The notes beneath the pieces were generated by a model. That model made no database searches. It saw nothing but the letters and a program-made list of their open reading frames with translations, and had not been told where the DNA came from. Both the position numbers and the translations under genes were made by a program. A DNA stretch of 32,000 nt from Candidatus Sulfotelmatobacter sp. GTDB lineage: Bacteria; Acidobacteriota; Terriglobia; Terriglobales; Acidobacteriaceae. Below, in pieces: positions 24,187 through 32,000 of the stretch. The DNA lies in the NCBI GenBank assembly GCA_050015215.1, contig JBEKBW010000007.1, forward strand, positions 1 to 32,000. Direction: 5' to 3'. Positions within the stretch are counted from its first letter, which is position 1. Each line of letters begins with the position of its first letter.

Positions 24187-24582
24187 TCACGCGCGGAACA
24201 CCCAGCGATCGCTCGCGATAAAATTCGCCAGAAAGCATACCGCAATGCTCGCAATATTCGCCTCGAGCAACGGCACTCCTAAGCCGCCCACAAAAGTTCT
24301 CATCAGAACGAGATTTCCCAGGAGAGAAATCAATCCGTTGCTCAAATGAAAGCGCAGTAAAGAAAAAAAATCCCGCACCCTACCCTGCGCCCGGTCTCGC
24401 CATGTAAAGCTCCGGTGCCATAGGAAGTTGTGAACAACGGCGAATTCAACCGCCAGTGCAGTCGCGATCATGTAATCGACCCGCATCGCGCTAAGAGCGG
24501 CCAGTGTCCCGAGTTGCACTACGATTCCCAGCGCACCAACAACCGAAAATCGCAACAGTCGAACGCACGCGGCGCTGCTCAC
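24187..24582 (-). CDS. GtrA-family membrane protein (131 aa)
   Basis: Motifs RFSVVGALGIVVQLGTLAAL, HNFLWHRSFTW, and a C-terminal FIASDRWVF typical of GtrA. The GTG start overlaps the stop of the upstream gene (GTGA). Confidence 0.85.
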   Translation of the reverse strand: MSSAACVRLLRFSVVGALGIVVQLGTLAALSAMRVDYMIATALAVEFAVVHNFLWHRSFTWRDRAQGRVRDFFSLLRFHLSNGLISLLGNLVLMRTFVGGLGVPLLEANIASIAVCFLANFIASDRWVFRA

Positions 24583-25280
24583 GAAATCCTCTCTTCGCGA
24601 TAGAGTTGGGTCGCATGCCGTATCGCTGATGCAGTCAGCATCCCGCTCATGCCCGCGATCGCGATCACACCGCCAAGATCAAATAACCGGGTCTCCCGGC
24701 CGATGAACCTCACCACCGAATGCCGGAGCAGCGCAATATTCCCAGCCGCGAGCAGGATGCGTATCTCCGTGGGACCAAACTTCCAATAAGAAAGCCGAAA
24801 TTCTCCCAGCGCATAGGTGGCGAGGTAAGCCTCAATCGAGAGCATCAGGAAAGCGATCAACATGCCCAAGGCGACGAGTGGATGAACGTATCCCGAGAGC
24901 GCCAGGCCGCCCATCAGAAAGAATGCCGCGATAGTGTCCGTGATGTGATCGACGTAAAATCCATAGCGCGCACGCTGCCGGTTGCGGACCCGAGCCAGGG
25001 TGCCATCCAGGCTATCGCCCAGCCAATTGAGCGCCAGGCAGATAGCTCCGGCGAGCAACATTCTAGGATTCGATTTGGCCAAGGCGTAGCACACCCCAAC
25101 CAGGCATTGCGCCACAAAACCCAGCAGGGTTAAATGGTCGGAGTTGATCCAGGGCGGTAGGCGTTTCGCCAGCCAGATCAGTATCCCTTTCTCGAAATTC
25201 GCGACGAAACTGCGTTGAATTCGCTTCGCCGGAACGAACCTCCTCGCTCTTGACTGCCACCCGGTAATTGAGTCGGACAT
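24579..25280 (-). CDS. CDP-alcohol phosphatidyltransferase family protein (233 aa)
   Basis: Signature D-G-x2-A-R-x8-G-x3-D-x3-D is present as DSLDGTLARVRNRQRARYGFYVDHITD. The protein has multiple TM helices. Start ATG 25280 has AGGAGG 7 nt upstream; the longer track start (25337) lacks an SD. Confidence 0.88.
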   Translation of the reverse strand: MSDSITGWQSRARRFVPAKRIQRSFVANFEKGILIWLAKRLPPWINSDHLTLLGFVAQCLVGVCYALAKSNPRMLLAGAICLALNWLGDSLDGTLARVRNRQRARYGFYVDHITDTIAAFFLMGGLALSGYVHPLVALGMLIAFLMLSIEAYLATYALGEFRLSYWKFGPTEIRILLAAGNIALLRHSVVRFIGRETRLFDLGGVIAIAGMSGMLTASAIRHATQLYREERIS

Positions 25281-25521
25281 CGGAATTCCTCCTGACCGAG
25301 ACAACCTTGTCGGAAATCGCTTGCCGGCACCATGCACGCGGGGTCAAACGGAGATCAAAAAAACGTCATCAGGCAAAGGCAATGGCATCAGTAATTTACG
25401 GCACAATTGCAAACGGATCGGCATACGGCGAGGAAGGCGGAGGCGAAGGTCGATCCTAATTTTCCCAAAGACTGAAAGAGACTACTACGGGTGGTCACAG
25501 CGGTTCCCAGGATAAAAACGG

Positions 25522-26724
25522 CTACGGCTGCACTTTAATCATAACCACAGCGTGGGAGCCTACGGACGCGGAAAATTTTCCCGTGAACCTGCCGAACTCT
25601 TTGTGCTGCCACAAGTCGCGCACTGAAGCGGCGATGTGAGTGGGATAGCCGAGAGCTTCCCAAGTGGCCGTAATTTCCTGTTCCGAATTTCCACGGTTCA
25701 AGAGAATTACGGCGCGGCTGCCGTCTGTTACTTGCTTCGTCCACACTTCAAGATCACCGTTTTTCCAGACGCGCTCGCCCTGGCGTCCCAGTGCATCTTG
25801 ATCTACGGCAATCACTTCTTTATTGGTGAGAATGTCGCGAATCTCAGGCCGCATATCGCGGAGATCGTTGCCTGCGATCAGCGGCGCAGCTAAGATCGCC
25901 CACAAGCTGAAGTGGGAGCGATATTCCGTTTCGGTCATGCCGCCGTTGCCGACTTCGAGCATGTCGGGATCGTTCCAGTGGCCGGGGCCGGCATAAGAAT
26001 AAAGCTCCGCCTCCTCGTCCACGATATCGAGCACGCCATTGGAGCAGCAGTCGCCGGGCTTCCACTCGCGCTTGCCTTGCCAGCGATCCTGAATGTCTCC
26101 GGTGGTACGCCACAAATTGCCGCCAACTTCTTTTCCCCAGAGCCAAGGCTTGGCCGTGCCCCACTCACAAATGCTGAGCACGATAGCGCGGCCTGAGGTA
26201 TCGAGTGCGGCACGCATGTTGGCGTAAGAGGCTTTCGCGTCCTGCGTGGTGGTGTTGCACCAATCGTATTTCAGGTAATCGACACCCCAAGCGGCGTATT
26301 GCAGGGCGTCCTGATATTCGTGGCCGAGGCCGCCGGGGCGTCCGGCGCAGGTTTTCGAACCGGCGTCGGAGTATACGCCGAATTTCAGGCCGAGGGAGTG
26401 AATGTAATCTCCCAGTGCCTTGATGCCGTGCGGGAAACGCTGCGGGTCGGCTACGATGTTGCCGTTTGCGTCGCGGCTGACTTGCCAGCAGTCATCGACG
26501 TTTACGTATTGATAACCCGCATCCTTCATGCCTGATTTGACCATGGCGTCAGCCATGCTCTTGATCATGTCTTCGTTAACGTTGCAGGCGAACTTGTTCC
26601 AGGAGTTCCAGCCCATGGGGGGAGTTAGGGCGAGATCGGCAGAAGGACTACTGCCTTCCTGGGCTGCGAAACTCCCGGCTAAGCATGTCAAGGTGATCAG
26701 CAGGAGGTGCGCAGTCGTCTTCAT
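25522..26724 (-). CDS. secreted GH27 alpha-galactosidase (400 aa)
   Basis: Signal peptide MKTTAHLLLITLTCLAGSFAAQ. GH27 motifs include TPPMGWNSWNKFACNVNE, GYQYVNVDDCW and LKYDWC, with a C-terminal beta-sandwich. Confidence 0.92.
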   Translation of the reverse strand: MKTTAHLLLITLTCLAGSFAAQEGSSPSADLALTPPMGWNSWNKFACNVNEDMIKSMADAMVKSGMKDAGYQYVNVDDCWQVSRDANGNIVADPQRFPHGIKALGDYIHSLGLKFGVYSDAGSKTCAGRPGGLGHEYQDALQYAAWGVDYLKYDWCNTTTQDAKASYANMRAALDTSGRAIVLSICEWGTAKPWLWGKEVGGNLWRTTGDIQDRWQGKREWKPGDCCSNGVLDIVDEEAELYSYAGPGHWNDPDMLEVGNGGMTETEYRSHFSLWAILAAPLIAGNDLRDMRPEIRDILTNKEVIAVDQDALGRQGERVWKNGDLEVWTKQVTDGSRAVILLNRGNSEQEITATWEALGYPTHIAASVRDLWQHKEFGRFTGKFSASVGSHAVVMIKVQP

Positions 26725-26771
26725 GGACGAATTCTTACACAAACCGCCTATCTGGATAGCCACACAACAAG

Positions 26772-28568
26772 TTACGCCAACGTGTATTTCCCCCGTTCAA
26801 TAGTTCTTTGTGCGATCTGCTGACGTAACTCGATGGTATTGAATGGCTCGTACTTGGCAAGGCGGCGGAGAATTGCAAGTTGCGTGCGGAGCATGTCGCC
26901 GTCAGCGACAGCGGCGATCACTTTCTTCGCTGCGGATTCGATCTTCTCCATCGCCTGCGAGAGATAAACCCGCGTCATCGCAATGGGTAGAGCGGCAGCG
27001 GATTCGCCTTTTGCCTCGGCAATTTTTTGAGCGCGCAATACTGCCGACTCCATGGCATAGCTTTCAATTGTCATGTCGGCGATTGCGCCCATAATCTCCT
27101 GCTGATCCTGAATTGCCTGCATGTATTTCTGTGTGGCTGCGCCGGCGGCGAACAGCCCCAGTTTTTTTGCTTGTCCCACCAGTTTGCGTTCTTCCGCGAG
27201 CGGGCCTTCGAGTTCTTCACTCGCCGACGGTCCTGAAAGAACTTCGTCCATCAGCTTTTTGATTGCGGGCATGAGCGGCAATTGGCCGCTCATGGCGCGC
27301 TTTAGCAGGAAGCCGGTGATGATGAGGCGATTGATTTCGTTGGTGCCTTCGAAGATTCGGTTAATGCGGGCGTCTCGATAGGCGCGCTCGGCGGGATATT
27401 CTTCCACGAAACCGTAGCCCGCGTAAATCTGCAGGGTTTCGTCGACGATGTAGTCGATCATCTCCGATCCCCAGACCTTGATGATCGAGCACTCGACCGC
27501 ATATTCCTCGATGGCTTTGCGGATTTCCTTGATGGCATCGGCGCCGGACTTGTCGACTTCGCCGAGCGCTACATCCATCATTCCAACGGTGCGATAGACC
27601 AGCGACTCTCCTACGTAGAGGAGAGTGGCCATGTTGGCGATTTTCTCGCGCACGAGGCCGAAGTCGGCGATTACTTTATTGAACGCTTTGCGTTGCTTGG
27701 CATAGGAGATCGCGCTCTCGAGCGAGAGGCGGCCTCCGCCGACGCACATCGCGCCCAGCTTGAAGCGGCCGATGTTCAGAATGTTGAAGGCAATGACGTG
27801 ACCTTTGCCGATTTCGCCAAGGAGATTTTCCGAGGGAACTTTACAATCGTTCAGAATGATTGGGCAGGTGGAGGAGCCGCGAATGCCCATCTTGTGCTCT
27901 TCGGCGCCGACAGAGAAGCCGGGAAAAGTTTTTTCGACGAGGAACGCGGAGAACTTATCGCCTACTTTTGCGAAGACGGTGAACAGGTCGGCGAAACCGG
28001 CGTTGGTGATCCACATTTTTTCCCCGTTGAGGGTGTAGTATTCGCCATCGGCGGAGAGTTCTGCGCGCGTGCGGCAGTTCATTGCGTCGGAGCCGGATGT
28101 GGATTCAGAGAGCGCATATGCGCCAACAATTTCTCCCGACCCCAGCCGCGGCAAATATTTTTTCTTCTGCTCTTCGGTTCCGAAATAAACGATCGGCAAC
28201 AGCCCGATGCCGCTGTGCGCACCCCAAGTGGTGGCGAAGCCGGCGTACTTCGCAATGTGATCGGCGATCACGGCTGCCGAAACCTTATCCATTTCCAAGC
28301 CACCGTAGGCTTCGGGTATCTCGACGCTGCTCAGTCCCAGTTCGCCGGCCTTCTTCAGCAACTCGCGCGAAACGGAGAAGTCTTTATGCTCGATCTTCTC
28401 GGCGTTCGGCAGGATTTCGTTCACCGCGAATTCTTCCGCGGTCTGGCCGATGAGTTGATGTTGCTCGGTGAAATCTTCGGGGGTGAAGATTTCCGCTGGG
28501 CTGCGCTCTTCCAGCAGGAAGCTGCCGCCGGGGATTTTAGTGCTGGGAAGTGCTGTTGTTGTCGCCAT
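26772..28568 (-). CDS. long (~600 aa) acyl-CoA dehydrogenase, FadE/YusJ / VLCAD-like
   Basis: ACAD motifs GAYALSESTSGSDA, GEKMWITNAG and RIFEGTNEINRL, plus an extra C-terminal helical domain. Start at MATTTALPS (ATG 28568). Confidence 0.92.
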   Translation of the reverse strand: MATTTALPSTKIPGGSFLLEERSPAEIFTPEDFTEQHQLIGQTAEEFAVNEILPNAEKIEHKDFSVSRELLKKAGELGLSSVEIPEAYGGLEMDKVSAAVIADHIAKYAGFATTWGAHSGIGLLPIVYFGTEEQKKKYLPRLGSGEIVGAYALSESTSGSDAMNCRTRAELSADGEYYTLNGEKMWITNAGFADLFTVFAKVGDKFSAFLVEKTFPGFSVGAEEHKMGIRGSSTCPIILNDCKVPSENLLGEIGKGHVIAFNILNIGRFKLGAMCVGGGRLSLESAISYAKQRKAFNKVIADFGLVREKIANMATLLYVGESLVYRTVGMMDVALGEVDKSGADAIKEIRKAIEEYAVECSIIKVWGSEMIDYIVDETLQIYAGYGFVEEYPAERAYRDARINRIFEGTNEINRLIITGFLLKRAMSGQLPLMPAIKKLMDEVLSGPSASEELEGPLAEERKLVGQAKKLGLFAAGAATQKYMQAIQDQQEIMGAIADMTIESYAMESAVLRAQKIAEAKGESAAALPIAMTRVYLSQAMEKIESAAKKVIAAVADGDMLRTQLAILRRLAKYEPFNTIELRQQIAQRTIERGKYTLA

Positions 28569-28750
28569 CGGAAAACCTTTCAAGTGCAAATTCCACTACG
28601 GAGGCACCGAAACACTGAGGAACGATTCAATTGTAAGCGAGAAGGCGCGCAAAAGCTTCCTGCTTTCGCATGGCTATGCGACGGAAGTACCTAATGATGC
28701 CCAGCATCTTTGCGGGTAAGGGCGTGTGTCGTACGGGTCATGTTGCCCGA

Positions 28751-29230
28751 CTACGGACAACATGGCGAGTATATGTTGCATGGTATCGCGGGATTCGGCA
28801 CGGGAATTACCCTACAGCCGACGTGCGTTTCGAGCGCCAAAGGTGTAGCAGACGGTTGGAGCAAGCTGGTCGCGGGAGTTGGCGCAACAGGGATATGTTT
28901 TCTCCTGTGGAGGAAAGCGAAAAGTCCCAGTTTTGCGGGCTGCGAATTTGCTGCTGATGTTGACAACCGGTTGTCGCTTGAGCGTTGGGCACCCGACTTA
29001 AAGTCCGTCCGGGCAGCCGCGTGCTGCGCCTGTGTGCCTGTGAGTGAAGTCACGACAGGGCTATGTGCAGGGGACGGGTTAAAGCTGTGGATGCCGGTGG
29101 AAGTCGGCGGTGAGATGTGAACGGCAATTGGCGTTGTGATCGTGGGGGGCGGAGCAGCGGGGCGTTGAGCAAAGAGGCTTGCCGGTGCCACAAAAACTGT
29201 CCCTGCCGCAATTAGACTTAAGAGCCGCAT
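28751..29230 (-). CDS. secreted low-complexity Pro/Ser/Thr/Ala-rich protein with Cys-rich C-terminus (159 aa)
   Basis: Clear signal peptide MRLLSLIAAGTVFVAPASLFAQ at an internal ATG of ORF 28751..29287. The protein ends GCRVIPVPNPAIPCNIYSPCCP. No family recognised, so coding status rests on the signal peptide and ORF length. Confidence 0.45.
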   Translation of the reverse strand: MRLLSLIAAGTVFVAPASLFAQRPAAPPPTITTPIAVHISPPTSTGIHSFNPSPAHSPVVTSLTGTQAQHAAARTDFKSGAQRSSDNRLSTSAANSQPAKLGLFAFLHRRKHIPVAPTPATSLLQPSATPLALETHVGCRVIPVPNPAIPCNIYSPCCP

Positions 29231-29322
29231 AAACCACCCCCGGTGGCGAACGGTCGAATCTACACAAGCCGATGTGGCGACGCCCAAAATGGTTGCCTGT
29301 CTCCGAAGTGCGCCAGCTTCGA

Positions 29323-30501
29323 TTAACTCAGATTTTCAAATACCCCTGCCGCACCCATTCCGCCGCCGACGCACATTGTTACCATGCCGTAACGTCCGTT
29401 GCGGCGCTTGAGCTCGCGAATAATCGTCGCGGTCAGCTTGGCGCCGGTGCAGCCTAGCGGGTGCCCCAACGCGATTGCACCGCCGTTGGGATTGACCTTG
29501 TCTGGGTCGAGGCCGGCTTCCTTGATTACTCCCAACGATTGCGCCGCGAATGCTTCATTTAACTCGATCACGTCGATATCGGAGAGTTTTAGCCCGGCCA
29601 TCCTTAACGCCTTCGGGATCGCGAACACCGGGCCGAGCCCCATTTCTTCGGGCTTGTATCCTGCGGTGGCGAAGGAAACATAACGGGCCAGAGGCTTGAT
29701 GCCGAGCGCTTTCGCGCGATCAGAGGACATCACTACGGCGGCTGCGGCGCCGTCCGACATTTGCGAAGAATTTCCTGCGGTCACAGTTCCTTTGACACGG
29801 AATGCAGGTTTCAACGAGAGCAGTGCCTCTAACGAGGTGTCGGCGCGCGGGCCTTCGTCCATCTTGAAAACGATCTCGTTCCGTTTGGGCTTCGACCCGT
29901 TCGGCGTTGAAAAACTCACCGGCACCGGTACGTTTTCGTCATCGAACTTGCCCGCCTGGAGCGCAGCCAGAGCTTTCTGATGGCTCCGCAAGGCGAACTC
30001 GTCTGCCTCCTCGCGCGTGATGCCGAAGCGCTGGGCTACGCGCTCGGCGGTGAGGCCCATGTTGAGATAGGCATCGGGATAGTGATCGACGAGCCAGGGA
30101 TTCGGGGAAATTTTGTGGCCGCCCATGGGAATCATCGACATCGATTCCGTGCCCCCGGCAACGATTGCTTCAGCGCCCCCGCTCATGATGCGCTCGGCAG
30201 CCATGGCGATCGCTTGCAGGCCGGAAGAGCAGAAGCGGTTGATGGTCAGGGCGGAGACTTCGACCGGCAGCCCGGCGCGCAGCGATGCGATGCGGGCTAC
30301 GTTCATCCCTTGCTCAGCCTCGGGCATGGCGCAGCCGAGGATTACGTCTTCGATTTCTTTGGGATCGAGCTGCGGTACGCGCTCTAGCGCGCCTTTAATG
30401 GCGACCGCGGCGAGCTCGTCAGGACGGGTAGCGCGGAGCGTGCCTTTGAAGGCGCGGCCTACGGGTGTTCGAACGGAAGAGGCAATGACTACTTCTCGCA
30501 T
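29323..30501 (-). CDS. fadA: acetyl-CoA C-acyltransferase (thiolase I/II family, 392 aa)
   Basis: Starts [20 protein letters not shown]. The active-site Cys context is [11 protein letters not shown], and C-terminal motifs are [18 protein letters not shown] and MCVGGGMG. The track ORF start (30831) runs into the neighbouring gene and is rejected. Confidence 0.93.
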   Translation of the reverse strand: MREVVIASSVRTPVGRAFKGTLRATRPDELAAVAIKGALERVPQLDPKEIEDVILGCAMPEAEQGMNVARIASLRAGLPVEVSALTINRFCSSGLQAIAMAAERIMSGGAEAIVAGGTESMSMIPMGGHKISPNPWLVDHYPDAYLNMGLTAERVAQRFGITREEADEFALRSHQKALAALQAGKFDDENVPVPVSFSTPNGSKPKRNEIVFKMDEGPRADTSLEALLSLKPAFRVKGTVTAGNSSQMSDGAAAAVVMSSDRAKALGIKPLARYVSFATAGYKPEEMGLGPVFAIPKALRMAGLKLSDIDVIELNEAFAAQSLGVIKEAGLDPDKVNPNGGAIALGHPLGCTGAKLTATIIRELKRRNGRYGMVTMCVGGGMGAAGVFENLS

Positions 30502-30513
30502 GAGACTGTTTAT

Positions 30514-30535
30514 CCTTAGTTCTACCTTAGTTCTA
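30514..30535. repeat. perfect tandem duplication of an 11-bp unit (CCTTAGTTCTA x2)
   Basis: Read directly: 30514-30524 is identical to 30525-30535. It sits in the thiolase 5' UTR, where the minus strand reads TAGAACTAAGG x2. Confidence 0.9.
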
Positions 30536-30569
30536 CTTTCAATTCGATGTGCAATTGCGTCGCAACGCT

Positions 30570-31121
30570 TCACTTGGTCGGAGCATAGAAGTAATAGTCG
30601 GCGGTGTAACTGGTCTTCGTTTCGGCGTTGACATGTGCAGCGTCGCAGCCTTCGGCTGGTGCCTTGCCGCCATGCGTTCGAACTCGTTGAATCGTAGTCA
30701 CATTCGAAAGCGCTCCAGTGCCGGAGTGGCTCACTACATTCACCAGCAGCCACGGAATCGAATCGGGATCGAGGGAGTCGACGTGGGCCACGGCTTTGCC
30801 TGTGACTTCGCTGCCATCTTTCAACTTCCACGATGGCCCGGCAGAATGTTGCCCGATGACCTTGTCTTTGCGATCGTGCAATTCGGCGTCGGGGGCTTTC
30901 AAGGTCCAGGAAAATTTTCCGTCTGGGCTTGCCTGGCAGGTGTAGATCTGGGAGCCAGTCGCATGTGCGGACACGGCTACTTCTAAGCCCGCAGGGACTT
31001 GGATCGCGTCGGGAACGTCGGGCGGTGGTTCGCTTTGCCCAGAGCCTTGCGCGCCTGCAACCACGGATGTCAGGGCGACCATCAAGATGATCGCAACGAG
31101 GGACGGGCCAAGTTTTCTCAT
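30570..31121 (-). CDS. secreted DUF3455-like protein (183 aa)
   Basis: Signal peptide present. Pattern GSQIYTC...[14 protein letters not shown]...[15 protein letters not shown]...IPWLLV...[15 protein letters not shown]...YTADYYFY recalled as DUF3455. Confidence 0.75.
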   Translation of the reverse strand: MRKLGPSLVAIILMVALTSVVAGAQGSGQSEPPPDVPDAIQVPAGLEVAVSAHATGSQIYTCQASPDGKFSWTLKAPDAELHDRKDKVIGQHSAGPSWKLKDGSEVTGKAVAHVDSLDPDSIPWLLVNVVSHSGTGALSNVTTIQRVRTHGGKAPAEGCDAAHVNAETKTSYTADYYFYAPTK

Positions 31122-31160
31122 ACTGTTAGATTGTAGCTTCTGCTTTAGTCGATTTCGCCC

Positions 31161-31188
31161 AAAAAAGAAAGGCGCTCCAGGGAGCGCC
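31161..31188 (-). terminator. rho-independent terminator after the fasciclin gene
   Basis: Minus strand reads GGCGCTC-cctg-GAGCGCC followed by TTTCTTTTTT, about 25 nt after the stop at 31214. Confidence 0.7.
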
Positions 31189-31213
31189 CAATGAGGGTTC
31201 CGCCAAGCATAGC

Positions 31214-31762
31214 CTAGGGCAAGAGTACGGCGTCCACCACGTGAATCACTCCATTCGACTGCATTACATTCGGAATGGTCACAATCGCGATGTTGCCTTT
31301 CTCGTCTTTCAGCACAAGCTGGGAGCCCTGCATCGCGGCTTCCAGCTTGCCGCCTTCTATAGTGGTCAGAGTTGCCGTCCCGTGCCCCTCATTGATCATC
31401 TTTCTGAGATCGTTCGACGTGAGTCTGCCCTGGACCACGTGATAGGTGAGGGTTTTGACAAGCTGGTCTTTGTTCTCCGGCTTGAGCAGAGTGTCCACTG
31501 TTCCCGCCGGAAGTTTGGCGAAGGCCTCGTTGGTAGGAGCAAAGACGGTGAAAGGTCCTGGGCCCTCGAGTGTATCGACGAGACCAGCGGCCTTGACTGC
31601 GGCTACCAGTGTGGTGTGGTCGTCTGAATTTACCGCATTCTGAATGATGTTTTTCTGCGGAAACATGTCATGCCCGCCCACCATCGGATTTTGAGCGACG
31701 CTCATGCTTGCGACTGCGATGGTGAACACAGCGAGTAGAGTGGCGAATTGGTGACTTTTCAT
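31214..31762 (-). CDS. secreted fasciclin (FAS1) domain protein (182 aa)
   Basis: Signal peptide MKSHQFATLLAVFTIAVASMSVAQ. FAS1 motifs are TLVAAVKAAGL, FTVFAPTNEAF, LTYHVV and VIHVVDAVLLP. Confidence 0.9.
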   Translation of the reverse strand: MKSHQFATLLAVFTIAVASMSVAQNPMVGGHDMFPQKNIIQNAVNSDDHTTLVAAVKAAGLVDTLEGPGPFTVFAPTNEAFAKLPAGTVDTLLKPENKDQLVKTLTYHVVQGRLTSNDLRKMINEGHGTATLTTIEGGKLEAAMQGSQLVLKDEKGNIAIVTIPNVMQSNGVIHVVDAVLLP

Positions 31763-32000
31763 GTGAAGTTTTCCTTTCCGTTTCACGGCTTCACAGGAAG
31801 TACGGGGGGCGGGTTGATTTGGATTTGATCGAGGCTTGGGGCTGGTTAAGAGAACATTAACCACCAAGGGCAATTAAGGAGCACTAAAGGAAAACGGTGG
31901 GGCCCTCGAATCCGTTGGCTTCTTTAGTTTCGCAGCGTCTTTCCTGTTTTCAGGGTATATTGAATTCGTTCCTGCGTTTTCCGTTCTCCGCACAATGATT

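Noticed and set aside
25281-25521. Small ORFs (63-64 aa on the plus strand, 26 aa on the minus strand) in the gap between the GH27 and CDP-alcohol transferase genes
   Set aside because: The translations are Arg/Gly-rich or very short, with no SD. The gap is more simply the promoter region of the transferase-GtrA pair.
28710-29120. 136-aa plus-strand ORF opposite the secreted low-complexity gene
   Set aside because: It has no signal, SD or motif. The minus-strand frame has a clean signal peptide and matches the strand of the surrounding operon.

Overview
The window looks like an ordinary chromosomal segment of a moderately GC-rich soil bacterium. Gene content suggests Acidobacteriota (GloVer-repeat protein, CadC/ToxR-like wHTH regulators, many secreted hypotheticals), but that is inference only. 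I support about 30 protein-coding genes and found no rRNA, tRNA, CRISPR array, transposase or integrase. Confident housekeeping calls are proS, a class A PBP (PBP1A type), a KpsF/KdsD-type arabinose-5-P isomerase, a long-form Lhr helicase and a PspA/IM30 cluster. An eight-gene minus-strand run at 24.2-31.8 kb holds fasciclin, DUF3455, thiolase, a small secreted protein, a ~600-aa acyl-CoA dehydrogenase, GH27 alpha-galactosidase, CDP-alcohol phosphatidyltransferase and GtrA. Accessory elements are small: a PIN/VapC toxin coupled to an atypically long partner, and an RHH antitoxin with a decayed toxin stub beside a REP-like hairpin. I did not find a convincing multi-gene novel system. The most interesting unexplained signals are (i) the VapC plus 165-aa non-canonical partner with an AT-rich operator region, (ii) a ~380-nt hairpin-rich non-coding stretch upstream of proS, and (iii) two long leaders with intrinsic-terminator-like hairpins, upstream of a beta-propeller lipoprotein gene and an orphan pstS-like gene. 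Smaller oddities include a perfect 11-bp tandem duplication, a possibly leaderless lhr and a MinD-like amphipathic tail on the PBP. Family assignments come from motif recognition by eye. No searches were run.
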